This document shows positions 1 through 11,075 of a stretch of 64,000 bases of DNA, one piece after another. The DNA comes from Malacoraja senta. Its lineage: Eukaryota. The notes beneath the pieces are model-generated. The model made no database searches, was not told where the DNA came from, and was given only the letters and a program-made list of their open reading frames with translations. The DNA lies in NCBI GenBank assembly GCA_038087875.1, contig CM075977.1, positions 228,346,001-228,410,000 on the forward strand, in the 5' to 3' direction. The number at the start of each line of letters is the position of its first letter. Positions within the stretch are counted from its first letter, which is position 1. A program made the position numbers and the translations under genes.

Positions 1-1088
1 TATTTCTATCACCTGGAGGTTCCTTTCCAAAGTGCACATCATTCTGACGTGGGAATATATCACTGCTCTTATACCAAAGTCTAAAGCTTAGGCCTTACAA
101 CATAACCCTTCACAGCATAACGGCACCAGTTCACAAAGGCAACTCATGTTCCAAAACATACATTTAAAAAAACTGGACAACCCAAAATGAGATAGACCAT
201 AGAAATGAAAACCATTCCTTGGCTGATACTTAATATTCTTGAGTAAATTTGACTAAGAATTAAATAGTGGGAAATTAAGATTTTATCGTTGTTAAAAAGG
301 TGAATATGTTTGCCATTGGAGAGCTTGGTAACATAATATGCGCATTACATTTCAGAAAGTATGGCACATATGCCTGGAATCAATAGAAACCTAGGAGTTT
401 CAATCTAATATTCTTCCCATAATTGTGATATTTCTATTTTCCAGCCTGCTTTGACATTTAACGAAACAATATTTCCAGAGTCCAGTAATTTCAGGATAAC
501 TACTTTAATTTACTACAGTATACTTTAAATTTGAATAGTACGTCAAATGTCCTCATAATGTGTGATCCATTGATCTGTGTAGTCTTTGGGAAGAAGGTTA
601 AAAAAAAAAAGAAAGACCAGAGGTGTTGCATGATGTTAAGATCACATTTTTGGCATTTAAAAATTAAAATATGAAAATAAAATTTTGCAAAGGTAACTTA
701 GATGCTGAAGTGGAAGACAGAAATTAACAAAAACATAGAGCGGGTTAGTTAACATTTGATAACATTATAACTCCTGAATTGTTAAATCCTTGCCTTTATT
801 TAGTGGCTGATTTGTTGTGGCTATCCTTGCTTTTCAAAAGCAAATTAAACACAGATATATTAATTTTCATAATTATTGCTAGCTGTGGTTACATAATGGT
901 ATTCCTACACAACACCATGGCTACTCAATGGACATATTTAAACAATGAACTTGGTTGTTCTTTCCTTTAAAACACTGCATCTTACATTGTGGATCTGTTG
1001 TACGTTGAGAGTTTCTGTGACACAAGCCAGAAACAAACATTTTTATTTGGAAATTCTGACATGTTTTAAACATATACTTTCCTTCCAG

Positions 1089-1206
1089 ATTGTCCATTGA
1101 TAGCGTTAATGCCGACCTACATTCACTTGACAGTAGAACAAAATCGATGCAAATACATCTAAAGCAAGACGTTGAACTATTTAATCAAATGGAGGATTTC
1201 ATTCAG
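1089..1206 (+). CDS. FHDC1: Internal coding exon of FH2-domain formin FHDC1/INF1 (LSIDSVNADL...QMEDFIQ)
   Basis: Acceptor ttccttccAG at 1087-1088, donor GTgagc at 1207. The 118-nt exon ends in phase 0 and splices in frame to the next exon. Peptide resembles recalled human FHDC1 (LSLENTEAEL...QMEDFLQ). Confidence 0.9.
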
Positions 1207-2803
1207 GTGAGCCAGTATCTAAAAGACAAACTAGTGCATGTCCAAATAACAGCAAGATGGAGTAGAGGTTAATTATTGTGGTGAGATGACTGCAGTTTAT
1301 TTAAAAACAGCATGGAATTCTAAGCTTCTGCAGTAGATTGCATGAGCTAGAAAGATTAACAAATGCAGGTCTGTTTGTTGTTCTGCTGGCAATCTTAATG
1401 TTCACACTGTACCTATCTCAAATGTCCAACGTTCTTCATGAGCTTTGTTTGAATTTATAGAGAATACTCAGAGTTTAGTTCTGGAGTACAATATTTATCC
1501 CACAACTGGGGTGATCAAATTACATACAATTGGTGTATACATTGATGACTTGTGGCCATCTTCCCTTGTGTGTAATAAATCTATATTCATTGCCTAAACA
1601 AAGAACATTCTGTTTCTGGCATAATTATAAGTATTAAATAACTGTTCAGAATTTTTGAAAGAGACCAAAAAGAACATGATTATTATGCTAACAAAATTTG
1701 GCTGCCATTTTAAAAATTGGACTTTATTCAAAGTAACATGATAAATTCCAATCTTATTAGGTCAATAATAGAGCTAGAAAATTGTAGCTCTGTTAATGAC
1801 GGCACAAAGATAGATCAGTGAGATTTAACAACTGTGCCAACTACAGGACAGAATCTTTGAGTATTCAACCTTTGCTGGATGTATCATTTAGAGGGTTTGA
1901 TTCGTTTATGTTTGAATTCTATTTCTGCTAGCAGTAGGGAAATGAATAATGTGTAAAACATGCCTAGGGAAGAAGTACTCATAAAACAGGTGGTTAAAAA
2001 AAACTCACAAGGCTGTGGATCTGGAGGATCTTGATTGTATGTTGTAGGATTTTCAAAAAAAAGTGATGGAGAGTTTGTGAGTTTATTCTTGTATAATTTA
2101 ACTCGCATTGAACAAGAACATAAGAAATAGGATCAGGAGCTGCCCTTGTGGTCCTCCAAGCTGGCTCCACTATTGAATAAGGCAGTGACTGGTCTGATAA
2201 TGATAAGATAATGATTTGCCTAATTTTCCCTTTCCCTCACCTCCTCCTTCTTAAGAGTCAAGTCAAGAGTGTTTTATTGTAATTTGTCCCAGATAGAACA
2301 ATGACATTCTTACTTCTCCTCCTCCTCACATCTCATGATCATTAACTCTTCCATGGACAAGTAAGTGTGTATCAGGGCCCTGAATAGATTCAATGAATCA
2401 TTAGGGAAAGTACTGTGCTATTTCACATTAGGCCAAAGTAATACCCAGATACATGAGGCTCATTGTTTACTTTAATGATTAAATTAATGATCAAGCTAGA
2501 TAGCAGGTACTGGCTATCATTTAGTGTCATTTGCTTCTAAAATCTTAATAACTATAATTTAGAAGAACAAGAAAGCTAGATTTTTTCAAAAACATCATCA
2601 TTTAGATTACCTGATTTTAGGACATTATTGTAATGTAACCTGTATGATGTTTGCAGATAATAATTGGTGAGAGTTTCACTGTACCTTAATTGGTATACGT
2701 GACCATAAAATACCTTTGAACTTTTTGAACCTTTGAGAATGAAGGCACAATTTTATTTCTGTTCATCGCGTGTTTGCTGATGTACTGTTATCTTACCCTG
2801 CAG

Positions 2804-2968
2804 CAAGGTTTGAGAGAAGTGGACAGATTAGAGGTGCAACGGATGGAATTGCAGAGGGAAGCCAATACTCTCATTGATTTCTTCTGTGAAGACAAAGAAA
2901 CAATGAAATTAGAAGAATGCTTCAAAATTTTCCAAGACTTTTGTGATAGATTCAAAAAAGCTGTCAAG
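2804..2968 (+). CDS. FHDC1: Internal coding exon of FHDC1, FH2 C-terminal part (QGLREV...LIDFFCEDKETMKLEECFKIFQDFCDRFKKAVK)
   Basis: Acceptor ccctgcAG at 2802-2803, donor GTAAGT at 2969; 165 nt, 55 codons. LIDFFCED...F..F..FC..F.KAVK is the FHDC1 FH2 signature. Confidence 0.93.
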
Positions 2969-3204
2969 GTAAGTGGGCACACAACTACACTGACCTGCCA
3001 AATGACAGCTGCGTGTGAACCATTTTGTCGGTTTTTGGAATGAGGGATTTCTGATTGCCTCACTGTCACTAAATATACAGTAGATGGTGCTGTTTACTGA
3101 ATAACTAAAGGAAAGCTCTGGTAACTCTGAAACCTAAAATCTGAAGCAAATCTTAAAATAAGATAACAACTGAATGCATTGTAAGTGCAGCTGAGTATGA
3201 ATAA

Positions 3205-3480
3205 GAATGATGAATGAGTACATTTATTGGCCAAGTATTCACATACAAGGAATTTGCCTTGGTGCTTCCGTCAGCAAGTGACAACATGACATACAGTGAC
3301 AGTTAGGAATGACACATAAAACATTAAACATTCATAATAAAACATTATTGATTAAACATGCGAAGTAAATAAAATACCAGAGCAAAATTAGGCTACAGAT
3401 TTTTGGTTATTGCGTAGAGCTACTACTCGTGGAAAAAAACAACTGTTTTTATGTCTGGCTGTGGCAGCTTTGACAGTGAC
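3205..3480 (-). mobile_element. 3' fragment of a Rex1/Babar-like LINE
   Basis: Minus-strand tail ending ...ggccaataaatgtactc. Similar tail at 16065-16110. Family assignment is tentative. Confidence 0.45.
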
Positions 3481-4409
3481 AACCAAAAAATCAGCCTTAT
3501 TTTGAAAAACATTTGAGGTTGATGTTTCAATTGGTGAATGCACTGTCTCGGACCGACTATGAAACATCGACTGGACATCGCTCTGCGTTGACTGAGGTTT
3601 CTCAAGCAGGGCAGCACCAGGTGTTTTACTGGCTTTACTGCAGGCGAGAGAAAGGAACCATCTTCTCCAGTCCTGATGCTAATCAGTGACTCAAACTAAT
3701 ATTTTATGTAGACAGACATTCTTCAAGGACAAAATCTAGATCAGTTATGATTACAGATCATGAATCAAAACAAAAATCCTGTCTGATTTGATGCACAACT
3801 TAAAATAACATTTTGGTCAATGAACATTAGAGGGAACATAAGGTGCGAGAGGAATGTTTAACCTGTTCACTGCCAAGTTTTTCTTCAATATTGGCCATGA
3901 TCCTTGTATACTCGGGGGTGGCACTGTTCAGGTTAATGAAGATGTGTGGGGCAAGGTTTTACACAGAGAGTGGTGGAAGACCTGGAACACAAGGCCAAGG
4001 ATGGTGGTGGAGGCAGCAGATATGATAGTGGTGTTTGAGGTTTTTGGATAGACACTTAGAAGTGCAGGAAATAAAGGTATATGGATCATGTACTGGCAGA
4101 TGTGATCAGTTTAACTTGGCATCATGTTTGGCACAAACATTGTGGCCCGAAGGGTCCCTTCTTGGCCTGTTCTGTTCTATTTATTATTATCTATAGAATG
4201 GAGAAGGGCCATTGGGCCCCATTGAATCACACTTGTAAATTCCATCCTGTCCAAAGACCATAAGACTAATGGGCTCTTTTGAGAGTTAATATAGGAAATA
4301 TCAATGTCTTCTCCAGAAGAGGGGAGATGTTTGAACCAAACAAATTATTCTAAGAAGAAAATAACTGAATTGTATTTGTGGTTTTCAGACATTTTCGCCA
4401 CAAGGGATT

Positions 4410-5873
4410 CATAGATACATAGAAAATAGGTGCAGGAGTAGGCCATTCGGCCCTTCGAGCCTGCACCGCCATTCAATATGATCATGGCTGATCATCCAAC
4501 TCAGTATCCCGTACCTGCCTTCTCTCCATACCCCCTGATCCCTTTAGCCACAAGGGCCACATCTAACTCCCTCTTAAATATAGCCAATGAACTGGCCTCA
4601 ACTACCCTCTGTGGCAGAGAGTTCCAGAGATTCACCACTCTGTGTGAAAAAGTTTTTCCTCATCTCGGTCTTAAAGGATTTCCCCCTTATCCTTAAGCTG
4701 TGACCCCTTGTCCTGGACTTCTCCAACATCGGGAACAATCTTCCTGCATCTAGCCTGTCCAACCCCATAAGAATTTTGTACGTTTCTATAAGATCCCCTC
4801 TCAATCTCCTAAATTCTAGCGAGTATAAGCCAAGTCTATCCAGTCTTTCTTCATATGAAAGTCCTGACATCCCAGGAATCAGTCTGGTGAACCTTCTCTG
4901 CACTCCCTCTATGGCTATAATGTCCTTCCTCAGATTTGGAGACCAAAACTGTACGCAATACTCCAGGTGTGGTCTCACCAAGACCCTGTACAACTGCAGT
5001 AGAACCTCCCTGCTCCTATACTCAAATCCTTTTGCTATGAAAGCTAACATACCATTCGCTTTCTTCACTGCCTGCTGCACCTGCATGCCTACTTTCAATC
5101 ACTGGTGTACCATGACACCCAGGTCTCGCTGCATCTCCCCATTTCCTAATCGGCCACCATTTAGATAATAGTCTGCTTTCCTGTTTTTGCCACCAAAGTG
5201 GATAACCTCACATTTATCCACATTATAGTGCATCTGCCAAACATTTGCCCACTCACCCAGTCTATCCAAGTCACCTTGCAGTCTCCTAGCATCCTCCTCA
5301 CAGCTAACACTGCCCCCCAGCTTAGTGTCATCCGCAAACTTGGAGATGTTGCCTTCAATTCCCTCATCCAGCTCATTAATATAAATTGTAAATAGCTGGG
5401 GTCCCAGCACTGAGCCTTGCGGTACCCCACTAGTCACTGCCTGCCATTGTGAAAAGGACCCGTTTACTCCTACTCTTTGCTTCCTGTTTGCCAGCCAGTT
5501 CTCTATCCACATCAATACTGAACCCCCAATACCGTGTGCTTTAAGTTTGTATACTAATCTCTTATGTGGTACCTTGTCGAAAGCCTTCTGAAAGTCCAGA
5601 TACAACACATCCACTGGATCTCCCCTATCCACTCTACTAGTTACATCCTCGAAAAATTCTATAAGATTCGTCAGACACGATTTACCTTTCGTAAATCCAT
5701 GCTGACTTTGTCCAATGATTTCACCACTTTCCAAATGTGCTGCTATCCCATCTTTAATAACCGACTCTAGCAGTTTCCCCATGTTAGACTAACTGGTCTG
5801 TAATTCCCCGTTTTCTCTCTCCCTCCCTTCTTAAAAAGTGGGGTTATGTTTGCTACCCTCCAATCCTCAGGAA
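4410..5873 (-). mobile_element. 5'-truncated CR1/HER1-type LINE (family B here): RT C-terminal half and 3' tail
   Basis: ORFs 5099..5782 (YLDFQKAFDKV, GVPQGSVLGP, KFADD) and 4598..5098; (ctatgt)n tail at 4410. Nearly identical to 26970-28056 plus 30669-31087. Confidence 0.93.
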
Positions 5874-5896
5874 TTCTCCTAAATATCATTCATAAT

Positions 5897-8800
5897 AGTA
5901 AGATTAAATGAGAACTTACCAGTTTGAAGTTTGATCTTTATTTTATGAGGAGTTACGTTGGTGATTACGTGAAGAAGACCCGTCAGGGCGCATGCGCGTC
6001 AATCTTCAAAGCAGCGGTATGAAATCACAGACAACACAATAATTGAGGTAACATATTAAGATGAGCAACATGAGAACTACCATATGACCTTTTTTATGGG
6101 AGAGGGTTGGGGGTGGCGGGCACGTAATCACCAACGTAACTCCTCATAAAATAAAGATCAAACTTCAAACTGGTAAGTTCTCGTTTAATCTTACCATTTT
6201 ACTTCGGAGTCACGTGAGTGACTACGTGAAGATTTCAAAGCTCTGTGATTTTATGCCGCAGATCCAAATCCCGGACTCACTGCATTGATTGACTTTCGAT
6301 GAGAAACAATCAATAATGCGTTAAACATGAAATGGTAATATCATGCAGTAACAATTGATTTGAATAATCAAAACAACCAGTAACCCCTCTATCCCAGGGG
6401 AACTAAACAGGACTTAATACTGAATTTGCAAACAGCCTCTCTCCGATCGGCCGATGGTAAAATGTTTTAAAAATAATTCATTTGACCTATAAAATATGGC
6501 CGCTGTGAACATCCATCGTCCTAGCCGACGACGTTGCTGCTGCGCTAGTGGAAAATGGATATATACACTTCAGTGTTAATACCTGCCTTAATCAACATTT
6601 GCTTTAAACCACCTTGAGATAGTCTGCACTGACACTCTCCTGTGTGGCTTCATGTAACTGATAAACAATGCTGTTTCCACATTTCTTAAGGTCTTTATTG
6701 CTTCAATATAATGAAAATAAATGTGCCATTACACATAAACATGGATCAGTAGGTTATGCTGAAACACAATTTTAACAAACCTGTGACACCTGGCCTGCTC
6801 TGCTTAAGCAGTACGCAATTATATAACATAACATTCTCTTCAGCAACTTCCAACCTGTCTAGCAGAAGTTTTTTCAAAATCTGCACTTGCTATGCTGAAC
6901 CAATGCCAAGAGCATAACCACTTTCATGATTATTGGCAAATTCAGAGACATGCCAGGAACCTACTGTCGAAACATCTTGAGGACCTCACTTATATCCCAG
7001 ATCGTCATATACCTGGGTTTAGGAGGTTTAGAGTTGAAATTCCTTTCATCAATCCAGGTATGATATGATGAAACTCAATAGGATCTTTCCTGACCCCATC
7101 CAAACCATACGATGACAAAGCACTTAAAGCTGTATTAATGGTGCTATAACTGAGCCCCTCATCATAGAGTGTCAACAGGAACTCTAAAATATCCACAATA
7201 CCTGTAGTATTATAGTCAATATTATTTTGTACACAATATTGCTCCCATTTTTTAACATAAGTAATATACCCCTTTTGAGTACTCTTTCTCCAGGCTACAG
7301 TGAGCATGTCCACCGTAAACCCAGACAGTCCTTGCTCCAGGTATGGCCTTCTTAAAACCTGCAAATTAACAAGTCAATACAATCACATAACAGATGACTT
7401 TCCCGTGTTAGCGGATGCTCCAGTAAATTCCTACGCTTGGGAACCACCAAAAAGAGGTTGGATCCCTAACTGTAACATCAAAGGGAAACCATGCTTGATT
7501 CGGTCAATTAGGTATTACAAGCACTCCCAAAGCAGCATCCTGCTTGATTTCTTGCAGACTCAACCTATTAGGCAAAATGGTAGGAAAATATATAAAACAT
7601 ACCACCTCAATGTCAAAGTATTAATTGCAACTGCCACCTGGTCTGGTTCCCATGAAACCTATTTAGGCATCTGATGGTTGCCTTGATGCAAAACAAATCG
7701 ATATCTGGCATTCATATACAAGTACTATATTATTGAACACCTCCTTGTTGAATATTCAATCTATGTTGTCATGGAACTTTTGTGGTAGATAAATAGCTGA
7801 AATATCTTTTCCAATGCACCAGGCCCAAATTTGATTAGCCAATCTGTCACAAAATACCGACTTGATTCCACCGATGTGATTAATATATATGCCACTTGCG
7901 TAGTATTGTCAATCTGAAACTGAACATGCAGATTACATTTGTTAGAGCAATAAGCCTTGTCCATAAAAACCTCTTAATAGTTAATTGCCCATGTCTGCAG
8001 AAACGATGCCTCTTGCTCAGTCCATCTGCCTCCACAGTTGAAACTCGTATCCGTGACACCCCACCCGAGTGCACTGACATTCATCTGCAAAATCGTGGAA
8101 GGCTGGTCAAGCATTACCTTGCTATAACTCCTGGACACATGGTGAATCCACCATTGCAAATCAGAATAGCTTTTACTGATAACTGCATAGGTCTATTATA
8201 ATGACCCGAATGTATCCTTAATGCCTCAATTAGCTTGATACAGCTGTCAATTAGCTCTACCCTTTTTCCCTGGGCAGAGCACTTAATTGAATCAATTGTG
8301 ACCCAAATAGTCAGGTGTTAAATTGGATTTCTCTGGATGGATCAGCAATCAGCAACTGAGCAGCAATTTTAGAGGCAAACGCCCACTGCTTACCCTCATG
8401 CATTCAGCACGGGATCCCGGCACATAGCCATGTTTGGATTCCTGTTTGGAGTTAATCCATACTAACCTTAGACACTCTTTTAGAGTGGGACTTATCGAAG
8501 CTGAAGCAGGTATCACCATCCATCTCCTCCATTTGCTTGTACATGCCTCTGTACCAAGCATGTTGTTCGACTCCATTCCCCACAATCTTATCACATATGT
8601 GTGTGGCTCCATCTTCATCCACTATACATCCACGTGGGAGGACTTATGCAACCTGCAACAGGAGCTGCCCCAGGCCTGTGTACATGTATTTTAGCACCAT
8701 CTCGAGTGGGAGTAATGGCAGCCCTGCAAACAGGTGTTGCCTCAGGCCCATGTGCATACTCCTGTAGCACTCTCTCGACCACTCCGCCATTTGAGTGGGA

Positions 8801-10566
8801 GAAATTTTTGGCAACCCTTTACTAGGCGTCACCTCAGGCATGTGTGCATGTATTTTAGCACTATCTCGACCACTGTGGTGCACCAAGTGGGAGGAATGGC
8901 AACCCTACAAACAGGTGTTGCTTCAGGCACATGTGCATCCTCCTGTAGCACTCTCTTGACCACTCCAACCCTTGAGTGGGGGGACCTTTGCAACCCTTTA
9001 CTAGGTGTTGCTGCCTGACATGCCTTACGATGGAGCGTTCTTGAATTGCAACGAGACGCAATGTTGTCTGACATTGATACCCCTGGCTTGGCACCCACTC
9101 TGAGTTGGGTTATCAGGTCGCTGCCTACAGCAGCCGCCAGGACTAGCCATGCAATTCGATACTCTGTTGGTATCCTCCTTCCCCAAACAGGCTGCACGTG
9201 CTAGTGACTCCAAATCGTGCTCCTTCCCGATGCCAACGCCGTCTATAGGGAAGAATTGGAGCGCCTCTGGCCCCCGTACATCAGACATAGTGGGAAATGC
9301 TGGAACAAACTTAACAATTATTTGTCATAGGCAAAGACATTTATGTGAATGAAGACGCCCATCCCAGTTAAACCTGGGATTTATTTACTTTTAATATGAG
9401 TAATCCGTCGTCTTGGGGAAGAAACCGTGCACAGTCCCTTTTAATGACCAGCAATTACTATGACGCCACCTGGTGTAACTCCCACAGGTGACTGATAATA
9501 CAGCTCTACAAGGCTTCCCATCTCCTTAATTGAATAAATGATAATCATCTATCTCAGTATAATAGTCACAATGTGACCAAGTGGTAACTATAATGTCTAC
9601 CCTTTTGAACGCTTCCCAAAATTGCGTTCGTCTTTAATTTGGAGGGCAACCTGAAACCTCCTCAGAATTAGCAGAAAATGCTACTTTTTCACCTTGACAC
9701 ATAAGGGTGATAAACCACTAATCTCACTTCCTGAGTTGGGGTTGGAGTCAGCCACACACTGACCCTTTGTACTCCTCTCCACTGAGGAATTGATAAGCAG
9801 CCCTGAGACCTTACTCCTCTCCACTGAAGACATACATATATAACAGAGGGGACCCTCCTGGCCAGGCTCCACATAGTTCAAACTCATATGGGCTGCCAAA
9901 GTCGGGGTCCTTGCCTCAATGAGCCGGGTAGTAACCCGACGACCACGCTCAGTCTGCACCCCCCCTCGGGAGTCGCTGACCTTACTGTCAGCGACTCTAA
10001 CAAGAAATCCGACGGCCACCGGCCCCTCACTTTACCGCGGACCGTAGCCGGTATCCCCGCGGTCTAGTGAAACCCCGCGGCCCCATATTTAAAACATATC
10101 TCTGGAGTCGCTGACCTGCCTGTCAGCGACTCGAAATAACAAGCCTAACAGCCACCTCTATCGTGACCGTAGCTTGCTTAACCCGTGGTCTACAAAAAAC
10201 CCGCGGCCCGAATTAAACCTCGGGAGTCGCGGACCGTTCTGTCCGCGACTCAACCAGCAAAACCCACCGGCAGCCTGCTACCGCACTCCCACGGTCCGAA
10301 GCCGACATCCCCGCGGTCCACAATTTTTCCGCGGTCCACCGGGTTTTGCTGAATTTTTCCCATGTCCAGCAGGAACCTGAGAAAATGATTCCTGCAATGG
10401 ACAACCTGAAAAGTAAGTTTAAACTTACCTGCAGGATTTTTCAAACTTACCGCTGGAGAACTGTGTTCCTCCCAGCCTGTCTGCGCCAATGCGACTGACG
10501 TAATGACGCGCATGCGCCCTGACGGGTCTTCTTCACGTAGTCACTCACGTGACTCCGAAGTAAAAT
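5897..10566 (-). mobile_element. DIRS1-like tyrosine-recombinase retrotransposon (copy 1), both ends intact, ORFs decayed
   Basis: Inverted terminal repeats (about 5970-6000 vs 10506-10536). Internal complementary region 6121-6232 pairs with both termini. YR N-terminal remnant 7005..7364, RNase H remnant 7974..8159 (LGWG...GGRW), RT C-terminal remnant IHPEKS near 8330, gag remnant about 8350-9350. AAT at both boundaries. Confidence 0.9.
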
Positions 10567-10659
10567 CTATGATTAGAAAGATTTATTTTAAGTTGTGCAT
10601 CAAATTGGACAGGATTTTTGTTTTGTATATCTACGTCAATATAAGTCAAGAAGTATCAT

Positions 10660-10980
10660 TAGTTAATGGTCAAGTCAAGAGAGTTTATTGTCATATGTCC
10701 CAGATAGGACAATGAAATTCTTGCTTTGCATCAGCACAACGGAATATAATCGGCACAAATACAGAACATATATCAGTGAGTCCATATACCATTATATAAA
10801 TATATACACACATCAATAAATAAGCAGATAAAGTGCAAATAAACAGATAATGGTCTATTAGTGTTCAGAGATTTGTTTCAGTTGAGTTTAATAGCCTGAT
10901 GGCTGTGGGGAAGTAGCTGTTTCTGAACCTGGATGTTGCAGTCTTCAGGCACCTGTACCTTCTACCTGAAGGTAGCGGGG
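10660..10980 (-). mobile_element. 3' fragment of a Rex1/Babar-like LINE
   Basis: Tail gtcaagtcaag...tttattgtcatatgtcccagat, also seen at about 2255-2310, followed by sequence resembling the Rex1 RT C-terminal coding region. Confidence 0.55.
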
Positions 10981-11075
10981 AGTTAATGTGGGGATTTTGT
11001 GTTTATTTATTTAAGGGAAATTGTCATTAAAATAAAATAATGAATTAATGAAAAACAAATCTCTGTACCCCATAG

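Noticed and set aside
1-1088. A further upstream FHDC1 exon
   Set aside because: I found no segment with splice sites and the expected FH2 peptide; it probably lies outside the window.
9463-9476. CTCF-like ACACCAGGTGGCGT (minus) inside DIRS copy 1
   Set aside because: Two mismatches to the core consensus and absent from copy 2.
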